Part shown: one piece after another, positions 37,772 to 48,867 of the stretch
Layout: every line of letters begins with the position of its first letter
Numbering within the stretch: position 1 is the stretch's first letter
Assembly (NCBI GenBank): GCA_021780755.1
Contig: JAJXYF010000008.1
Location: 66,621-130,620 of the forward strand
Source of the DNA: Deltaproteobacteria bacterium
GTDB taxonomy: Bacteria > Desulfobacterota > Binatia > Binatales > Binataceae
Reading direction: 5' to 3'
Length of the DNA: 64,000 nt
The notes under the pieces: model-generated
What the model was told of the DNA's origin: nothing
The model's database searches: none
The model's input: the letters and a program-made list of their open reading frames with translations, nothing else
Made by a program: the position numbers and the translations under genes

Positions 37772-40147
37772 GTGAGAGGGATCGACAGCCGTCAGGACAC
37801 CGCGGTGCTACTTGGCCAGCAGGACGAGGTGTTTGCGACACCGTGGCTCGGACAAGACGAAAACCGCGCTTCCATCGGTCATTTTTGGCTCATCCTCAAG
37901 CGCCGGGCGCGGCTCATCGCGGGGTTCACCCTGGTGACATTGATGACCACCGCGGCGACGGTATTCCTGGTCCTGCGACCGATGTACCGAGCGGGCACAG
38001 TCATACTAATCGAGCGCAACGCGCCGCAGGTGCTGGGGGCTCAAGAAGAGCTTTTTTCGCCCGACGTTCTGGATACCACGCACGACTTCTACAAAACGCA
38101 AGAAGATTTGCTAAAGAGTCATATTCTCGCCGCGCAGGTGATTCGTCAACTTGGGCTCGATCATAATCCTGCATTCTTGCAACCCTATCTGAGTGGGTTT
38201 CCCGGTTGGGCGATTGACCACGTGCGTGCGCTTTACTATGCGGCTTTCCCCGCAACGAAATCGCCCATTGCGGAAAACGCGCTTCATGTGGATCTCGGGT
38301 TGATAGATCGCTACCTGAATCGACTGAGCGTGCAGCCGACTCTGAACTCGCGCACCATGCGAGTTTCCTTTCTGACTTCAGACCCGGTGCTGTCTGCGCA
38401 CATCGCCAACGCTCATGCTGAGGCCTATATCCAGGAAGGGTTAAAACTGAGGACCGAACCTGGCGAGGAGGCCGAAGAATTTCTGCGCGAGAAGCTGAGC
38501 GATATTGAGCAGAAGCTGCGCGAGTCCGAGATTAACCTGAATAATTACCGGCGCAAAAGCGGCCTCGTATATTTGGACGAGGGTGACCTCGCCAGTACCG
38601 GCGAAAGCGACGGCAGCCATCGCACCACCGTAATTGAACGGCTCGATGAACTCAGCAAACTAATGGCGGCGGCAGAGGCCGATCGCATTGCGAAGGAAGC
38701 GGAGGCACAGCTGGTTCAGCGTCACGACTATGATGCGCTTCCGGACGTAGTCGAAAGTCCTCTGGTCCAGAACCTCAAGGAACAATTGTCAACGCTGGAA
38801 GGTCAGGAAGCTTCGCTCGCGAACACCTATACTCCCGACCATCCGAAGTTCGTCAGGGCGGACGCGCAGACCCGGGAAGTCAGGGCGCGCCTGCGACGCG
38901 AAATCTTGAACATTGCCACGGCCACGCAGGCTGCGTATCTGTCCGCTCAATCGAAGGAAGAGAATCTCAAGAATGAGATGGATGCGCTCAAGGTCGAGGC
39001 GATGAAACTCAAGGACGCCGGGGTTGAGGACGCCATCCTGACCCGCGAGGTCGACACCAATCGCCAGCTCTATGAGGGCGTGCTGCAGCGCATGAAAGAG
39101 ATGGGAATGGAAGCGCAGCTGCGGGCTTCCAACGTCTCGATAATCGATCCGGCCGTGCCGCCTCAGCAACCGGCAATCCCGCGCAAGGCCCTGAGCCTCA
39201 TTCTGGGGCTGATGGTCGGGCTGGTCGGGGGTATCGGGTTGGCGCTCCTCACCGAATATCTCGACAACACTCTCGAAACCCCGAGCGAAGTTGAGACCTG
39301 GCTGCGCCTGCCCAATCTGACGGTAGTTCCGGATTTCCTTACGATGGCGGAGCACGAAAAACATCGGAGTATCGGAACCAATGGGCACTCCGCGCTTTCG
39401 CTGAAATTGTCCGACGCCATGCCCACTAGCGCCGTCGCGCTACCTACGCTGGGCAAGACTCAATATTCGGCTGCGACCGAAGCCTTCCGCACCCTTTGCA
39501 CCGGTATCGTGCTTTCGCGGCCGGACCAACCGCCGCGCACGATGCTCTTTACCAGCACCCGCAAAGGCGAAGGCAAGAGTGTAACGGTGCTGAACACCGC
39601 TATCGCGTTTGCGCAGGCCGGACGGCGGGTGCTGGTTATCGATTGCGATCTGCGGCGCTCCCAGTGTCACCGGATTCTCGGCATCGAAAACAATTTTGGG
39701 CTGACCGAGGTCCTGACCGGACAAAAAAAGTTCGGCGAAGTCATTCGCTTGGTGATCGAGGGACAAGGGCAGGGCGGGGTGTATTTGATGACCGCGGGGT
39801 CGCGCCCGCCGAATCCCGGTGCTCTTATCGGTTCGCACAAAATGCAGCAGATACTCGATGATTTGCGCGAACAGTATGACCACGTGCTGGTCGATACGTG
39901 CCCAATCGTTCCAATGAGTGATGCGTTAATTCTCGCGACCCTGGTTGATGGCGTAGTGGTGGTGGTCGAAGCCGGCAAGACCCCGCGCAATGTCGTTCGC
40001 GATTGTGTGGTCCAACTGACGCGAGTGCATGCCCCTCTGCTTGGCGTTGTCCTTAACCGCGTCGATATGCGGCACAGCGACTACGCTTACTATTTCTATC
40101 GGCATTACTCGTCTTACTACGAGGAGGACGCCCGCGCGGCGGGCTGA
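37772..40147 (+). CDS. Polysaccharide co-polymerase / tyrosine autokinase (Wzc/GumC)
   Basis: Two TM helices flanking a coiled coil, IIDPAVPP, Walker A STRKGEGKS, VLVIDCDLR, VLVDT.P, and C-terminal Tyr cluster YAYYFYRHYSSYY. Confidence 0.92.
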   Translation: MRGIDSRQDTAVLLGQQDEVFATPWLGQDENRASIGHFWLILKRRARLIAGFTLVTLMTTAATVFLVLRPMYRAGTVILIERNAPQVLGAQEELFSPDVLDTTHDFYKTQEDLLKSHILAAQVIRQLGLDHNPAFLQPYLSGFPGWAIDHVRALYYAAFPATKSPIAENALHVDLGLIDRYLNRLSVQPTLNSRTMRVSFLTSDPVLSAHIANAHAEAYIQEGLKLRTEPGEEAEEFLREKLSDIEQKLRESEINLNNYRRKSGLVYLDEGDLASTGESDGSHRTTVIERLDELSKLMAAAEADRIAKEAEAQLVQRHDYDALPDVVESPLVQNLKEQLSTLEGQEASLANTYTPDHPKFVRADAQTREVRARLRREILNIATATQAAYLSAQSKEENLKNEMDALKVEAMKLKDAGVEDAILTREVDTNRQLYEGVLQRMKEMGMEAQLRASNVSIIDPAVPPQQPAIPRKALSLILGLMVGLVGGIGLALLTEYLDNTLETPSEVETWLRLPNLTVVPDFLTMAEHEKHRSIGTNGHSALSLKLSDAMPTSAVALPTLGKTQYSAATEAFRTLCTGIVLSRPDQPPRTMLFTSTRKGEGKSVTVLNTAIAFAQAGRRVLVIDCDLRRSQCHRILGIENNFGLTEVLTGQKKFGEVIRLVIEGQGQGGVYLMTAGSRPPNPGALIGSHKMQQILDDLREQYDHVLVDTCPIVPMSDALILATLVDGVVVVVEAGKTPRNVVRDCVVQLTRVHAPLLGVVLNRVDMRHSDYAYYFYRHYSSYYEEDARAAG

Positions 40148-41194
<1,047 letters not shown>

Positions 41195-41198
41195 AGCA

Positions 41199-42035
41199 AT
41201 GGGTGAAATAGGCGGCCACCGGATGCCGTTAATCGAGTCGAACGGCGCGCCTCGGGCCGACATCCTCGGCGTTCCGATCAGCGCGATCGACATGAACATC
41301 GCGGTTGACACGATTGCGGGCTGGATCGGCGAAGGTAAGCGACGCTACGTATGCGTATGCAATGTGCACACCGTGATGGAGTGTACACGCAGCGAATCAA
41401 TTCGTCGCATCTACCGCCAGGCCGGGATGGTCACGCCGGACGGGATGCCCTTGGTATGGGTCACGCGCCTCATGGGGTTTAAGAGCGTCGAGCGCGTTTA
41501 CGGCCCCGACTTGATGCTGGCCGTGATGGAGCGTTCAACCCAGCGCGGATGGACTCACTTCTTGTACGGTGGAGCGCCGGGAGTCGTCGAGCGACTTTCA
41601 TCGCGAATGACCGCCGCGTTTCCGGACATCAAGATCGTCGGAGAGGTCAGTCCGCCGTTTCGCCCGCTGACGCCGCTCGAAGACTCCGACATGATCAAAA
41701 AGATCAACGATTCCGGAGCGGATATCGTTTGGGCCGGAATTGGAGCGCCGCGCCAGGAACGCTGGATGGCTGAACATCGCGAGCGGCTCGCGGCGCCCGT
41801 TCTGATCGGGGTGGGCGCGGCATTTGACTTCCTCGCCGGAGTCAAGGCGCAAGCGCCCCGGTGGATGATGCGCTCGGGACTGGAGTGGATATTCCGATTA
41901 GGGTGCGAGCCGCGTCGGCTCTGGCGGCGTTACTTACTTAACAATCCGCTCTTCATGTGGTTCGTCCTACTTCAATTCCTCGGATTGAAATCGAATTTAT
42001 CGATTACATCGGGGAGCGAAAGTAATTTCCGATGA
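41199..42035 (+). CDS. WecB/TagA/CpsF (GT26) glycosyltransferase
   Basis: TPDGMPLVW, RVYGPDL, FLYGG, SPPF, GIGAPRQE.W, GVGAAFDF, GLEW.FRL..EPRRLWRRY. Confidence 0.92.
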   Translation: MGEIGGHRMPLIESNGAPRADILGVPISAIDMNIAVDTIAGWIGEGKRRYVCVCNVHTVMECTRSESIRRIYRQAGMVTPDGMPLVWVTRLMGFKSVERVYGPDLMLAVMERSTQRGWTHFLYGGAPGVVERLSSRMTAAFPDIKIVGEVSPPFRPLTPLEDSDMIKKINDSGADIVWAGIGAPRQERWMAEHRERLAAPVLIGVGAAFDFLAGVKAQAPRWMMRSGLEWIFRLGCEPRRLWRRYLLNNPLFMWFVLLQFLGLKSNLSITSGSESNFR

Positions 42036-43537
42036 TCGCACCAGGAGAGGCAGAGTTCTTCAGATCGCTCGCCCTGGACGAAGAGCCTGCGACCAGGTTC
42101 GAGTTCGCCGATACGTTCGGGTCGGTAAATCTGACTAAGTCGAGCTTTTGGCCGGCTCTCGCGCGAATTGCCGCAGTCGCCCTAGGTGATGTGTTGGCGC
42201 TCGCGCTGTCGGCATCGATTGGATTTCTCATCTGGGGCATGCTTGTTCTTCATCAGCCGGGCCGTCTCTATATTCCGCTTTTCGAATTCGCGCTGATGGC
42301 GCCCTTTGGGTACGCCCTGATGGGTTTATACCCGGGGTTGGGGCTTGGGCCCACTGAGATCTTCCGCCGTCTCTGCATCACCACCATATCCGCGTTTCTC
42401 GTACTTGCCGGGATGGTATTCCTGGCGAAATTGCCGTCCTACTATTCGCGGATGGTATATGGACTGACGTTGGCAACGAGCCTCGTCTTCGTGCCGACCG
42501 CGCGACTGCTGGTCAATTCGATTGGACGACGGTTTTACTGGTGGTCGAAGCCTGCGCTCTTGGCGGGCAGTGCCGAGTGGATAGCGGCCACCAGTCGCGC
42601 GCTCGAGCAGAATGATAAGCTAGGGTACAGGCCGATCGGCGCTTTGATCGAACGAGCCGATTCAAAGCGCCAGATTTCAAACGGGGCCGGCGAAGCATCT
42701 TCGGTTTCCAAGCGCGTGCTGTCCATGGCCACGCAAGGTCGATGCGTGGTGCTCGTCGAGGAACGACTGGGGCAGAGCGCGCTCGAGGCACTAATGCGAT
42801 GCTACCGTCACGTTTTGGTGCTGATGGAATACGACCGGATGCCGGTCGAAAATATGCGTCTGTTCAATTTCGGTTCGTTCGTCGGAGTTCAATTCACCAA
42901 TAATTTATTGCTCCGGCGCAATTGTGTGCTGAAGCGGGCACTCGATGTCGTTATAGGCTCGATTCTGTTAGTGCTTGCTCTGCCAGCAATCGCGATTGCT
43001 GCGCTCCTTATAGTGCTCTTCGATGGCGGCCCGGTGTTCTTCCGCCAGCAACGCGAGGGTTTCGGTGGCCGGCTCATTACTGTGTGGAAACTGCGGACTA
43101 TGCGACCCAACTCAGGCGAGGACTGGCTCGAACAGCGATTTGCCTCTGATCCGGAGCTACGCCGCCAATGGGAGAGCAGCTATAAGCTCAAGCGTGATCC
43201 GCGCCTGATCCCGGTTATCGGCAAGATCCTTCGTCGCTATAGCCTCGATGAACTGCCACAATTGTGGAATGTGGTCAAAGGCGAGATGAGTCTCGTCGGA
43301 CCGCGGCCATTTCCGGACTATCATTTGAAGCGCTTTCCAGCCGATTATCGGCGGTTGCGGCATGCGGTGCGACCGGGGCTGACCGGGCTATGGCAGGTGA
43401 GCATCCGCGGCAACGGGGATCTTCAGCAGCAGCGTCATTATGACAGTTACTATATTCGCAACTGGTCTATCTGGCTGGATTTCTACATCCTTGCGCAAAC
43501 CTTCTGGGCTTTGGTAGCAGCCCGCGGGGCCTACTAG
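42032..43537 (+). CDS. Priming undecaprenyl-phosphate glycophosphotransferase (WbaP/WcaJ-like)
   Basis: N-terminal TM bundle, KRALD, KLRTM, DPR, RRYSLDELPQLWNV.KGEMSLVGPRP, RPGLTGLWQV, YYIRNWS. Confidence 0.92.
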   Translation: MIAPGEAEFFRSLALDEEPATRFEFADTFGSVNLTKSSFWPALARIAAVALGDVLALALSASIGFLIWGMLVLHQPGRLYIPLFEFALMAPFGYALMGLYPGLGLGPTEIFRRLCITTISAFLVLAGMVFLAKLPSYYSRMVYGLTLATSLVFVPTARLLVNSIGRRFYWWSKPALLAGSAEWIAATSRALEQNDKLGYRPIGALIERADSKRQISNGAGEASSVSKRVLSMATQGRCVVLVEERLGQSALEALMRCYRHVLVLMEYDRMPVENMRLFNFGSFVGVQFTNNLLLRRNCVLKRALDVVIGSILLVLALPAIAIAALLIVLFDGGPVFFRQQREGFGGRLITVWKLRTMRPNSGEDWLEQRFASDPELRRQWESSYKLKRDPRLIPVIGKILRRYSLDELPQLWNVVKGEMSLVGPRPFPDYHLKRFPADYRRLRHAVRPGLTGLWQVSIRGNGDLQQQRHYDSYYIRNWSIWLDFYILAQTFWALVAARGAY

Positions 43538-43557
43538 TTTCAAAGCTCCGTTCGCGA

Positions 43558-44967
43558 TTGCGTCTTTCCATGCATAACAACCGATCGAGCGCCGGTGAGG
43601 CTCCTGACTCCCAGGCGCGAGGCGGGCCTTTCGTCGCGCGCGCCACCTGGTTGCAACGCGAGGGCTTTGCGGTCGGCGACCAGGCCCTGTTTTACGGTGC
43701 CAACTTCGCGATCAACATCCTGCTCGCAAGATGGCTCACAACCTCCGCTTATGGTGCATTTGCGGTTAGCCTCTCCGTTTTCTATTTAGCGGGCGGACTG
43801 CACACGGCGGTCCTTACCGAACCCATGATGGTGTTCGGCGCGCGCAAATATAATCACGAATATCGGCACTATCTCGGTCTATTACTGAGGTTCCATTGGC
43901 CGCTGGCATTAATGACAGCGGCCGCCATGGCCGCGGCTGGGGTCGTCGTCAACCTGGCCGGCTCGCGCGAAATGGCCGCGGCATTATGGGGCGTCGCGGT
44001 TGCCTCACCCTTCATTCTATTCGCATGGTTTATCCGTCCCGCTTCTTACGTCTGCCATGAAGCGCAATGGGCCGCCCTCGGTTCAGGAGTGTATGCGGGT
44101 GTGGCGTTAACCGGGCTCTGGCTGTTGCGCGCAATGGGCCTGCTGTCCGCGGCAAGCGCATTCGTTGCGATGGGATTCGCGTCCACTGTTGGCGCGCTCA
44201 TAACGACTGCCATGTTGCGGCCACGATGGAAGGCCAGTGAAGCGAAAGCGGTGACGGTGCGAGGCGTCCTGGATGATCACCGAGGCTACGGTAGCTGGAA
44301 TGCCATCGCGACCGTGACACAGTGGTCGTCTGGACAAATTTTGTTCGTGCTGACTCCGATATTTCTCGATCTCAAGGCTGCTGCCGCAATCGGTGTAGCC
44401 ACCACCTTAATGCGACCCCTGTTTCCGATGATCCGGTCAATCACACTGCTGATGCTTCCGCGAGTTTCGGTCGAGATCGCTAAGCGCGGCGACCGGCACG
44501 AATTGCGAAACTACGTCAGGAACTGGTTCTACACCTGTGTCGGTGGAGCGCTCTTCTATACGATCGCCATCTCGGCCTTATACGAACCGATCAGCCGCCA
44601 CCTGTTGGGGAACAAGTACCATGGATATGTCGCGGTAGTCTTTCTGTTTGGCTTGGCTTACACGGCGTCGGCGGCAATCCAGGTATTGTGCGTGGTCATC
44701 CGGGCCGCCGAAGCGACACGCCTTATCGCAGTCATCTGGGCGTTGCCGGGAGTGGTTACGCTGGTCTTGGCCTTTCCGGCTCTGCTTGAGCGGAGCCTGC
44801 TCGGAGTGGCGGGCGTCTTCACCCTCAGTTACATGGTCGCACTTGCGATCGCGGCCCGGACCAGCTCATCTCTGATGAGCGATTTCGCAAATGATCAATG
44901 TTCGGTTGAAGAGCGCGGCCTCAGCGGAGAGCCTTCCGATTCAGGAAGACTTGCATCGCGCCCGTAA
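43558..44967 (+). CDS. Wzx-like polysaccharide flippase
   Basis: About 12 hydrophobic segments, DQ.L...ANF.INILLARWL...YGAF opening, and position within the polysaccharide operon. Confidence 0.75.
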   Translation: MRLSMHNNRSSAGEAPDSQARGGPFVARATWLQREGFAVGDQALFYGANFAINILLARWLTTSAYGAFAVSLSVFYLAGGLHTAVLTEPMMVFGARKYNHEYRHYLGLLLRFHWPLALMTAAAMAAAGVVVNLAGSREMAAALWGVAVASPFILFAWFIRPASYVCHEAQWAALGSGVYAGVALTGLWLLRAMGLLSAASAFVAMGFASTVGALITTAMLRPRWKASEAKAVTVRGVLDDHRGYGSWNAIATVTQWSSGQILFVLTPIFLDLKAAAAIGVATTLMRPLFPMIRSITLLMLPRVSVEIAKRGDRHELRNYVRNWFYTCVGGALFYTIAISALYEPISRHLLGNKYHGYVAVVFLFGLAYTASAAIQVLCVVIRAAEATRLIAVIWALPGVVTLVLAFPALLERSLLGVAGVFTLSYMVALAIAARTSSSLMSDFANDQCSVEERGLSGEPSDSGRLASRP

Positions 44968-47579
44968 TGGAATCTGCTCGTAATACCGAGATCCTTGTGG
45001 ACGCGGCAGATATCCGGTCTGACGAAGAATGCGGCGAGTCGCAGGTTTTGCATTCACTTGCTGCGCTTTCGACGGCGCTCGAGCGTTCGGGAGTAAAGTA
45101 CTGCGTCCTGCATGGATGGCAAACGTCCGACGTCGCGCAAGGCGATTTTGATCTTGCGATCGAACCGGACCGCGTGAAGACCCTCGAGCGCATGCTCGCA
45201 CACGACTGCGGAACTCGAATCGTGCAGCTCCTGCAGCATGAAACGACGGGGTTTTTTTTCGTGGCTCAATGCGAAGGTGATGCGAGCCTTGCGCTAGTCG
45301 ATGCCGCCTCTGACTATCGCCGGGACGGACGGATTTATATGTCCGCCGCCGATCTGCTCCACGGCACTCAGATGCGCCACGGCTTGCGAGCGGCTGGAGC
45401 AGCGACCGAATTCAAATATCTTCTGATCAAGAAAATTTCCAAACTCTCGATTCCCGCGCACCAAAGGGATCGCCTGGGAGAATTGAACGACACCCTTGGT
45501 GTGGAGGCTGGTAAAGTCACCGGCGAACTATTCGGCCAGCATGATGGCGCAAGAGTGCACGAATGGATCAATACGCGGCGGTGGGGCGATCTTGATGCGG
45601 ACCTGCCGCGTCTGCGGCGTTTGCTGCGCCGCGAGGTATTGCGGCACGATCCTTTGAATTGGCTACGGTACTGGCTTCCGGAACTGGGACGCGAATGGCG
45701 GCGCTGGCGGAATCCGACCGGACTATTCGTGGCCGTCTTAGGGCCCGATGGTGCCGGCAAAAGCACTCTTATCGACAATCTGCGTACACGCCTGCGCGGC
45801 GCGTTCCGCAATACCGACTCGTTTCACTTGCGTCCGGGCGTATTCGGCGCCCGATCCGAGGGCCCACCGGTCACTAATCCGCACGGGTTAGAATCGAGAT
45901 CGCCGGGTATTTCAGCGGCGAAAATCGCTTACTATGTCGCCGAATATGCACTGGGCTATGCCTTGAGGTTGCGGCCCGCACTGGCCCGGACCACGCTGAT
46001 TCTCTCCGATCGATATTTCGATGACCTGCTGATTGACCCTCGGCGTTATCGCTATGGTGGTCCGCAATGGCTGGTGCGCCGCGCACGTTTCTTTGTGCCG
46101 CAGCCCGACCTTTGGTTTATTCTCGATGTTCCGGAAAAGTCGCTGTTGGAGCGTAAGCGCGAAGTGTCGGACGACGAACTGTCCCGTCAGCGACGCGCGT
46201 ACCGTGAACTTGGGGCGGCGATACCAAACGCGTTCATCCTGGACGGCAGCGCGACCGCCGATCGGGTAGGTAAGGCCGCCGCCGAACTCTGCCTCGATCA
46301 CCTGCATTCGCGCTACCGGGCACGGCGAGCGATCTGGTTCCGATCGGCGGCCCAGGACGATCTGGACTGGTTGGCTTCGATCATATTTCGTCCGGCGAAA
46401 GCTCAGTTCGATGGCGGACGAAATCACCGACCGGCGCCACGCGATTCAATCCGCGAATTCAGGTTTCTCCGTCTGCGAGACGGTCGCGGATTTCTGCTGC
46501 CAAGCGGGGAAAGATTGTTACGTGCGGCGCTTGGGTTGTACAACGCGCACTCAATTAACGGCCGAGCCGCAAAGTCGGTCCTCGACCTGATTGCCAGGAT
46601 GCGTTTGACGCGTTTCGTATTGCCTCGCGTCTCGGTATCCGAAGAGCATCTGGTGGCGCCGGAAGACCGCCAACCTAACGTGCTCGATCGAATCGGCAGT
46701 ATTATGGGCAATCCTGCTCTGAAGTTCGCGGTTTCGCTCGGCACGCCTGGCCCGCATCGAAAGCCGGTCGTGCAGATTCTCGCCGATAATGGTCGGGTTA
46801 TCGGATACGCGAAGGTCGGAGCCAACGCGGAAACCAATGATCTGGTTCGCAATGAGGCGGCAACGCTCCTCAGACTAAATGACCTCAAGGATCTTCCGTT
46901 TGCGGTGCCGCGGCTCATCGCAGCGAATGAGTCCGGCGATAATTTTTTGTGTGTGCAGTCCGCGGAGGAGGGCCTGTCGCGGACGGTCCCCAATTCCTTC
47001 GGCAAAGAGTTTTTCGCGGCGCTGATTGGATTGAGCCGTATCGACTTCAAGCGAACGTCTCTTGGTGCGAGCCGATTCTGGGCTGATCTCAACCGAAAAA
47101 TAGAGCGCGTGCGTCATCCGTATTACCGTCAGATTTTTGAGCGCGGCAGCTTCTGGCTTTTGACTCACTATGCTGCTCAACCGCTGGGATTTCACGCTTC
47201 CCACGGCGATTTCGCGCCGTGGAATGCCCGGCTTCTGGGCGATCGGCTTTACCTTTTCGACTGGGAATACGCCGATCGTGAAAGGCCCGCGGGCTGGGAC
47301 CTGTTTCATTTCTTTATTCAAACTTCGGCGTTGATTAAGGGCTATTCCGCGATCCGCATTTTGCGGGACTTCGAGGAGTCCGGCGAATTCGGCCGCTGGG
47401 CGGCTCAGTATGCGAATCATATTGGCATCGTTGGCAATTCGCTTAGACCTTTGCTGCTACTTTATCTACTGAAGCAAATAGCTATTCATGCCGATGCGCG
47501 CGAAGCCGACTTGCAACAAATGCGGCGGCTGGCGACTCTCAGTTCTCTTGTGCTCGCGAATCTGGAGGCAGGTTCGTGA
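44967..47579 (+). CDS. Nucleotidyltransferase / thymidylate-kinase-like / aminoglycoside-phosphotransferase-like fusion
   Basis: N-terminal YCVLHG...GDFDLAI (NTase GDxD), central GPDGAGKST and SDRYFDD (P-loop NMP kinase), C-terminal GYAKV, E, HGDFAPWN, FDWE (APH/choline kinase fold). Confidence 0.7.
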   Translation: MESARNTEILVDAADIRSDEECGESQVLHSLAALSTALERSGVKYCVLHGWQTSDVAQGDFDLAIEPDRVKTLERMLAHDCGTRIVQLLQHETTGFFFVAQCEGDASLALVDAASDYRRDGRIYMSAADLLHGTQMRHGLRAAGAATEFKYLLIKKISKLSIPAHQRDRLGELNDTLGVEAGKVTGELFGQHDGARVHEWINTRRWGDLDADLPRLRRLLRREVLRHDPLNWLRYWLPELGREWRRWRNPTGLFVAVLGPDGAGKSTLIDNLRTRLRGAFRNTDSFHLRPGVFGARSEGPPVTNPHGLESRSPGISAAKIAYYVAEYALGYALRLRPALARTTLILSDRYFDDLLIDPRRYRYGGPQWLVRRARFFVPQPDLWFILDVPEKSLLERKREVSDDELSRQRRAYRELGAAIPNAFILDGSATADRVGKAAAELCLDHLHSRYRARRAIWFRSAAQDDLDWLASIIFRPAKAQFDGGRNHRPAPRDSIREFRFLRLRDGRGFLLPSGERLLRAALGLYNAHSINGRAAKSVLDLIARMRLTRFVLPRVSVSEEHLVAPEDRQPNVLDRIGSIMGNPALKFAVSLGTPGPHRKPVVQILADNGRVIGYAKVGANAETNDLVRNEAATLLRLNDLKDLPFAVPRLIAANESGDNFLCVQSAEEGLSRTVPNSFGKEFFAALIGLSRIDFKRTSLGASRFWADLNRKIERVRHPYYRQIFERGSFWLLTHYAAQPLGFHASHGDFAPWNARLLGDRLYLFDWEYADRERPAGWDLFHFFIQTSALIKGYSAIRILRDFEESGEFGRWAAQYANHIGIVGNSLRPLLLLYLLKQIAIHADAREADLQQMRRLATLSSLVLANLEAGS

Positions 47580-48859
47580 AAACCGGGCTGAAAGTGCTGG
47601 TGTCTGCTTACTCATGCCAGCCGGGCCATGGCTCGGAGCCTGGCGTAGGTTGGGACTGGATCAGACAGATCGCGCGTTTTCATGAAGTGTGGGCGATCAC
47701 GCGAGCGAACAACCGTGGCCCAATTGAGAAAGCGCTCATCCGCGAGCCGCTTCCCAATGTTCATTTCATTTATTTCGATTTACCCGCATGGGCGCGCTTT
47801 TGGAAACGGGGTTCGCGAGGAGTTGCACTCTACTACTACCTTTGGCAGGCCGCGATTTATCCAATTGCCCGCCGGATCGATCGGTCGGAGAGCTTCGACT
47901 TGGTGCACCATGTAACCTTCGGGAAATACTGGGCGCCGAGCTTTCTCTGTCTGCTCGACGCACCCTTCATCTGGGGCCCGGTCGGCGGAGGGGAGTCAGC
48001 ACCGGGGTCATTTTGGGATGGATACGGATGGCGAGGATGCCTGTACGAGTGTTCACGCAATCTTGCCCGCAGGCTTTCGGAATTCGATCCGTTCATTCGA
48101 ATGACAGCCAGAAAAGCATGTCTTGGGCTTGCGAAGACTCCGGAGACGGCGAAGCGGATGGAGCGGGTCGGGTGCCGTTCGGTGAAGATCTATTCAGAGA
48201 TAAGCCTGCCGCGCGAAGAAATCGCCGCCTTGACTCTTATTCCGCAGCACCGCGGGACACCCGTCCGATTCATCAGTACGGGACGTCTATTGCATTGGAA
48301 GGGGTTCCATCTTGCGCTAGAGGCCTTTGCCCGGATTAAGCGTCAGTTCGGCGACGTTCAATATACGCTGGTGGGCGATGGCCCCGAGCGCCTTCGGCTG
48401 GAGCGACTTGCCGAAAGATTGTCGATCGCCGACCGGGTCAAATTTCTCGGCGCCGTCCCGCGTAGTGAGGCGCTCGCGCAATTGGCGGCGAGCGATATCG
48501 TTCTGCATCCCAGCCTTCACGACTCAAGCGGATGGGTGTGTATCGAGGCGATGGCGGCCGGACGGCCCATCGTGTGCCTCGACTGTGGTGGCCCGGCGCA
48601 ACAGGTCACGGACGACACCGCAATAAAAGTTTCGGCCGCGACCGGCGCCGCAGCGGTCGATGGCCTCTCGTCCGCGATCCTGCGCCTTGCGCGTGACCCT
48701 GATCTGCGCCAGCGTTTGGGTGACGCGGGACGTCGACGCGTCGCGCAGGAGTTCGCGTCAGAGAGCCGGGCCACAACGCTTGCCGCAATTTACGAGGAAG
48801 TACTAGATGTGCCGAGCGGCTCCGCACTCGACGTGCGTAAAGCAGCCGGAACCAGTTAG
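47576..48859 (+). CDS. GT4 glycosyltransferase
   Basis: SAYSC.PG.GSE.GVGW, WGPVGGGE, GRLLHWKG, VGDGPE, PSLHDS.G.V.IEAMAAG.P. Confidence 0.88.
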   Translation: MKTGLKVLVSAYSCQPGHGSEPGVGWDWIRQIARFHEVWAITRANNRGPIEKALIREPLPNVHFIYFDLPAWARFWKRGSRGVALYYYLWQAAIYPIARRIDRSESFDLVHHVTFGKYWAPSFLCLLDAPFIWGPVGGGESAPGSFWDGYGWRGCLYECSRNLARRLSEFDPFIRMTARKACLGLAKTPETAKRMERVGCRSVKIYSEISLPREEIAALTLIPQHRGTPVRFISTGRLLHWKGFHLALEAFARIKRQFGDVQYTLVGDGPERLRLERLAERLSIADRVKFLGAVPRSEALAQLAASDIVLHPSLHDSSGWVCIEAMAAGRPIVCLDCGGPAQQVTDDTAIKVSAATGAAAVDGLSSAILRLARDPDLRQRLGDAGRRRVAQEFASESRATTLAAIYEEVLDVPSGSALDVRKAAGTS

Positions 48860-48867
48860 GCAATAGT

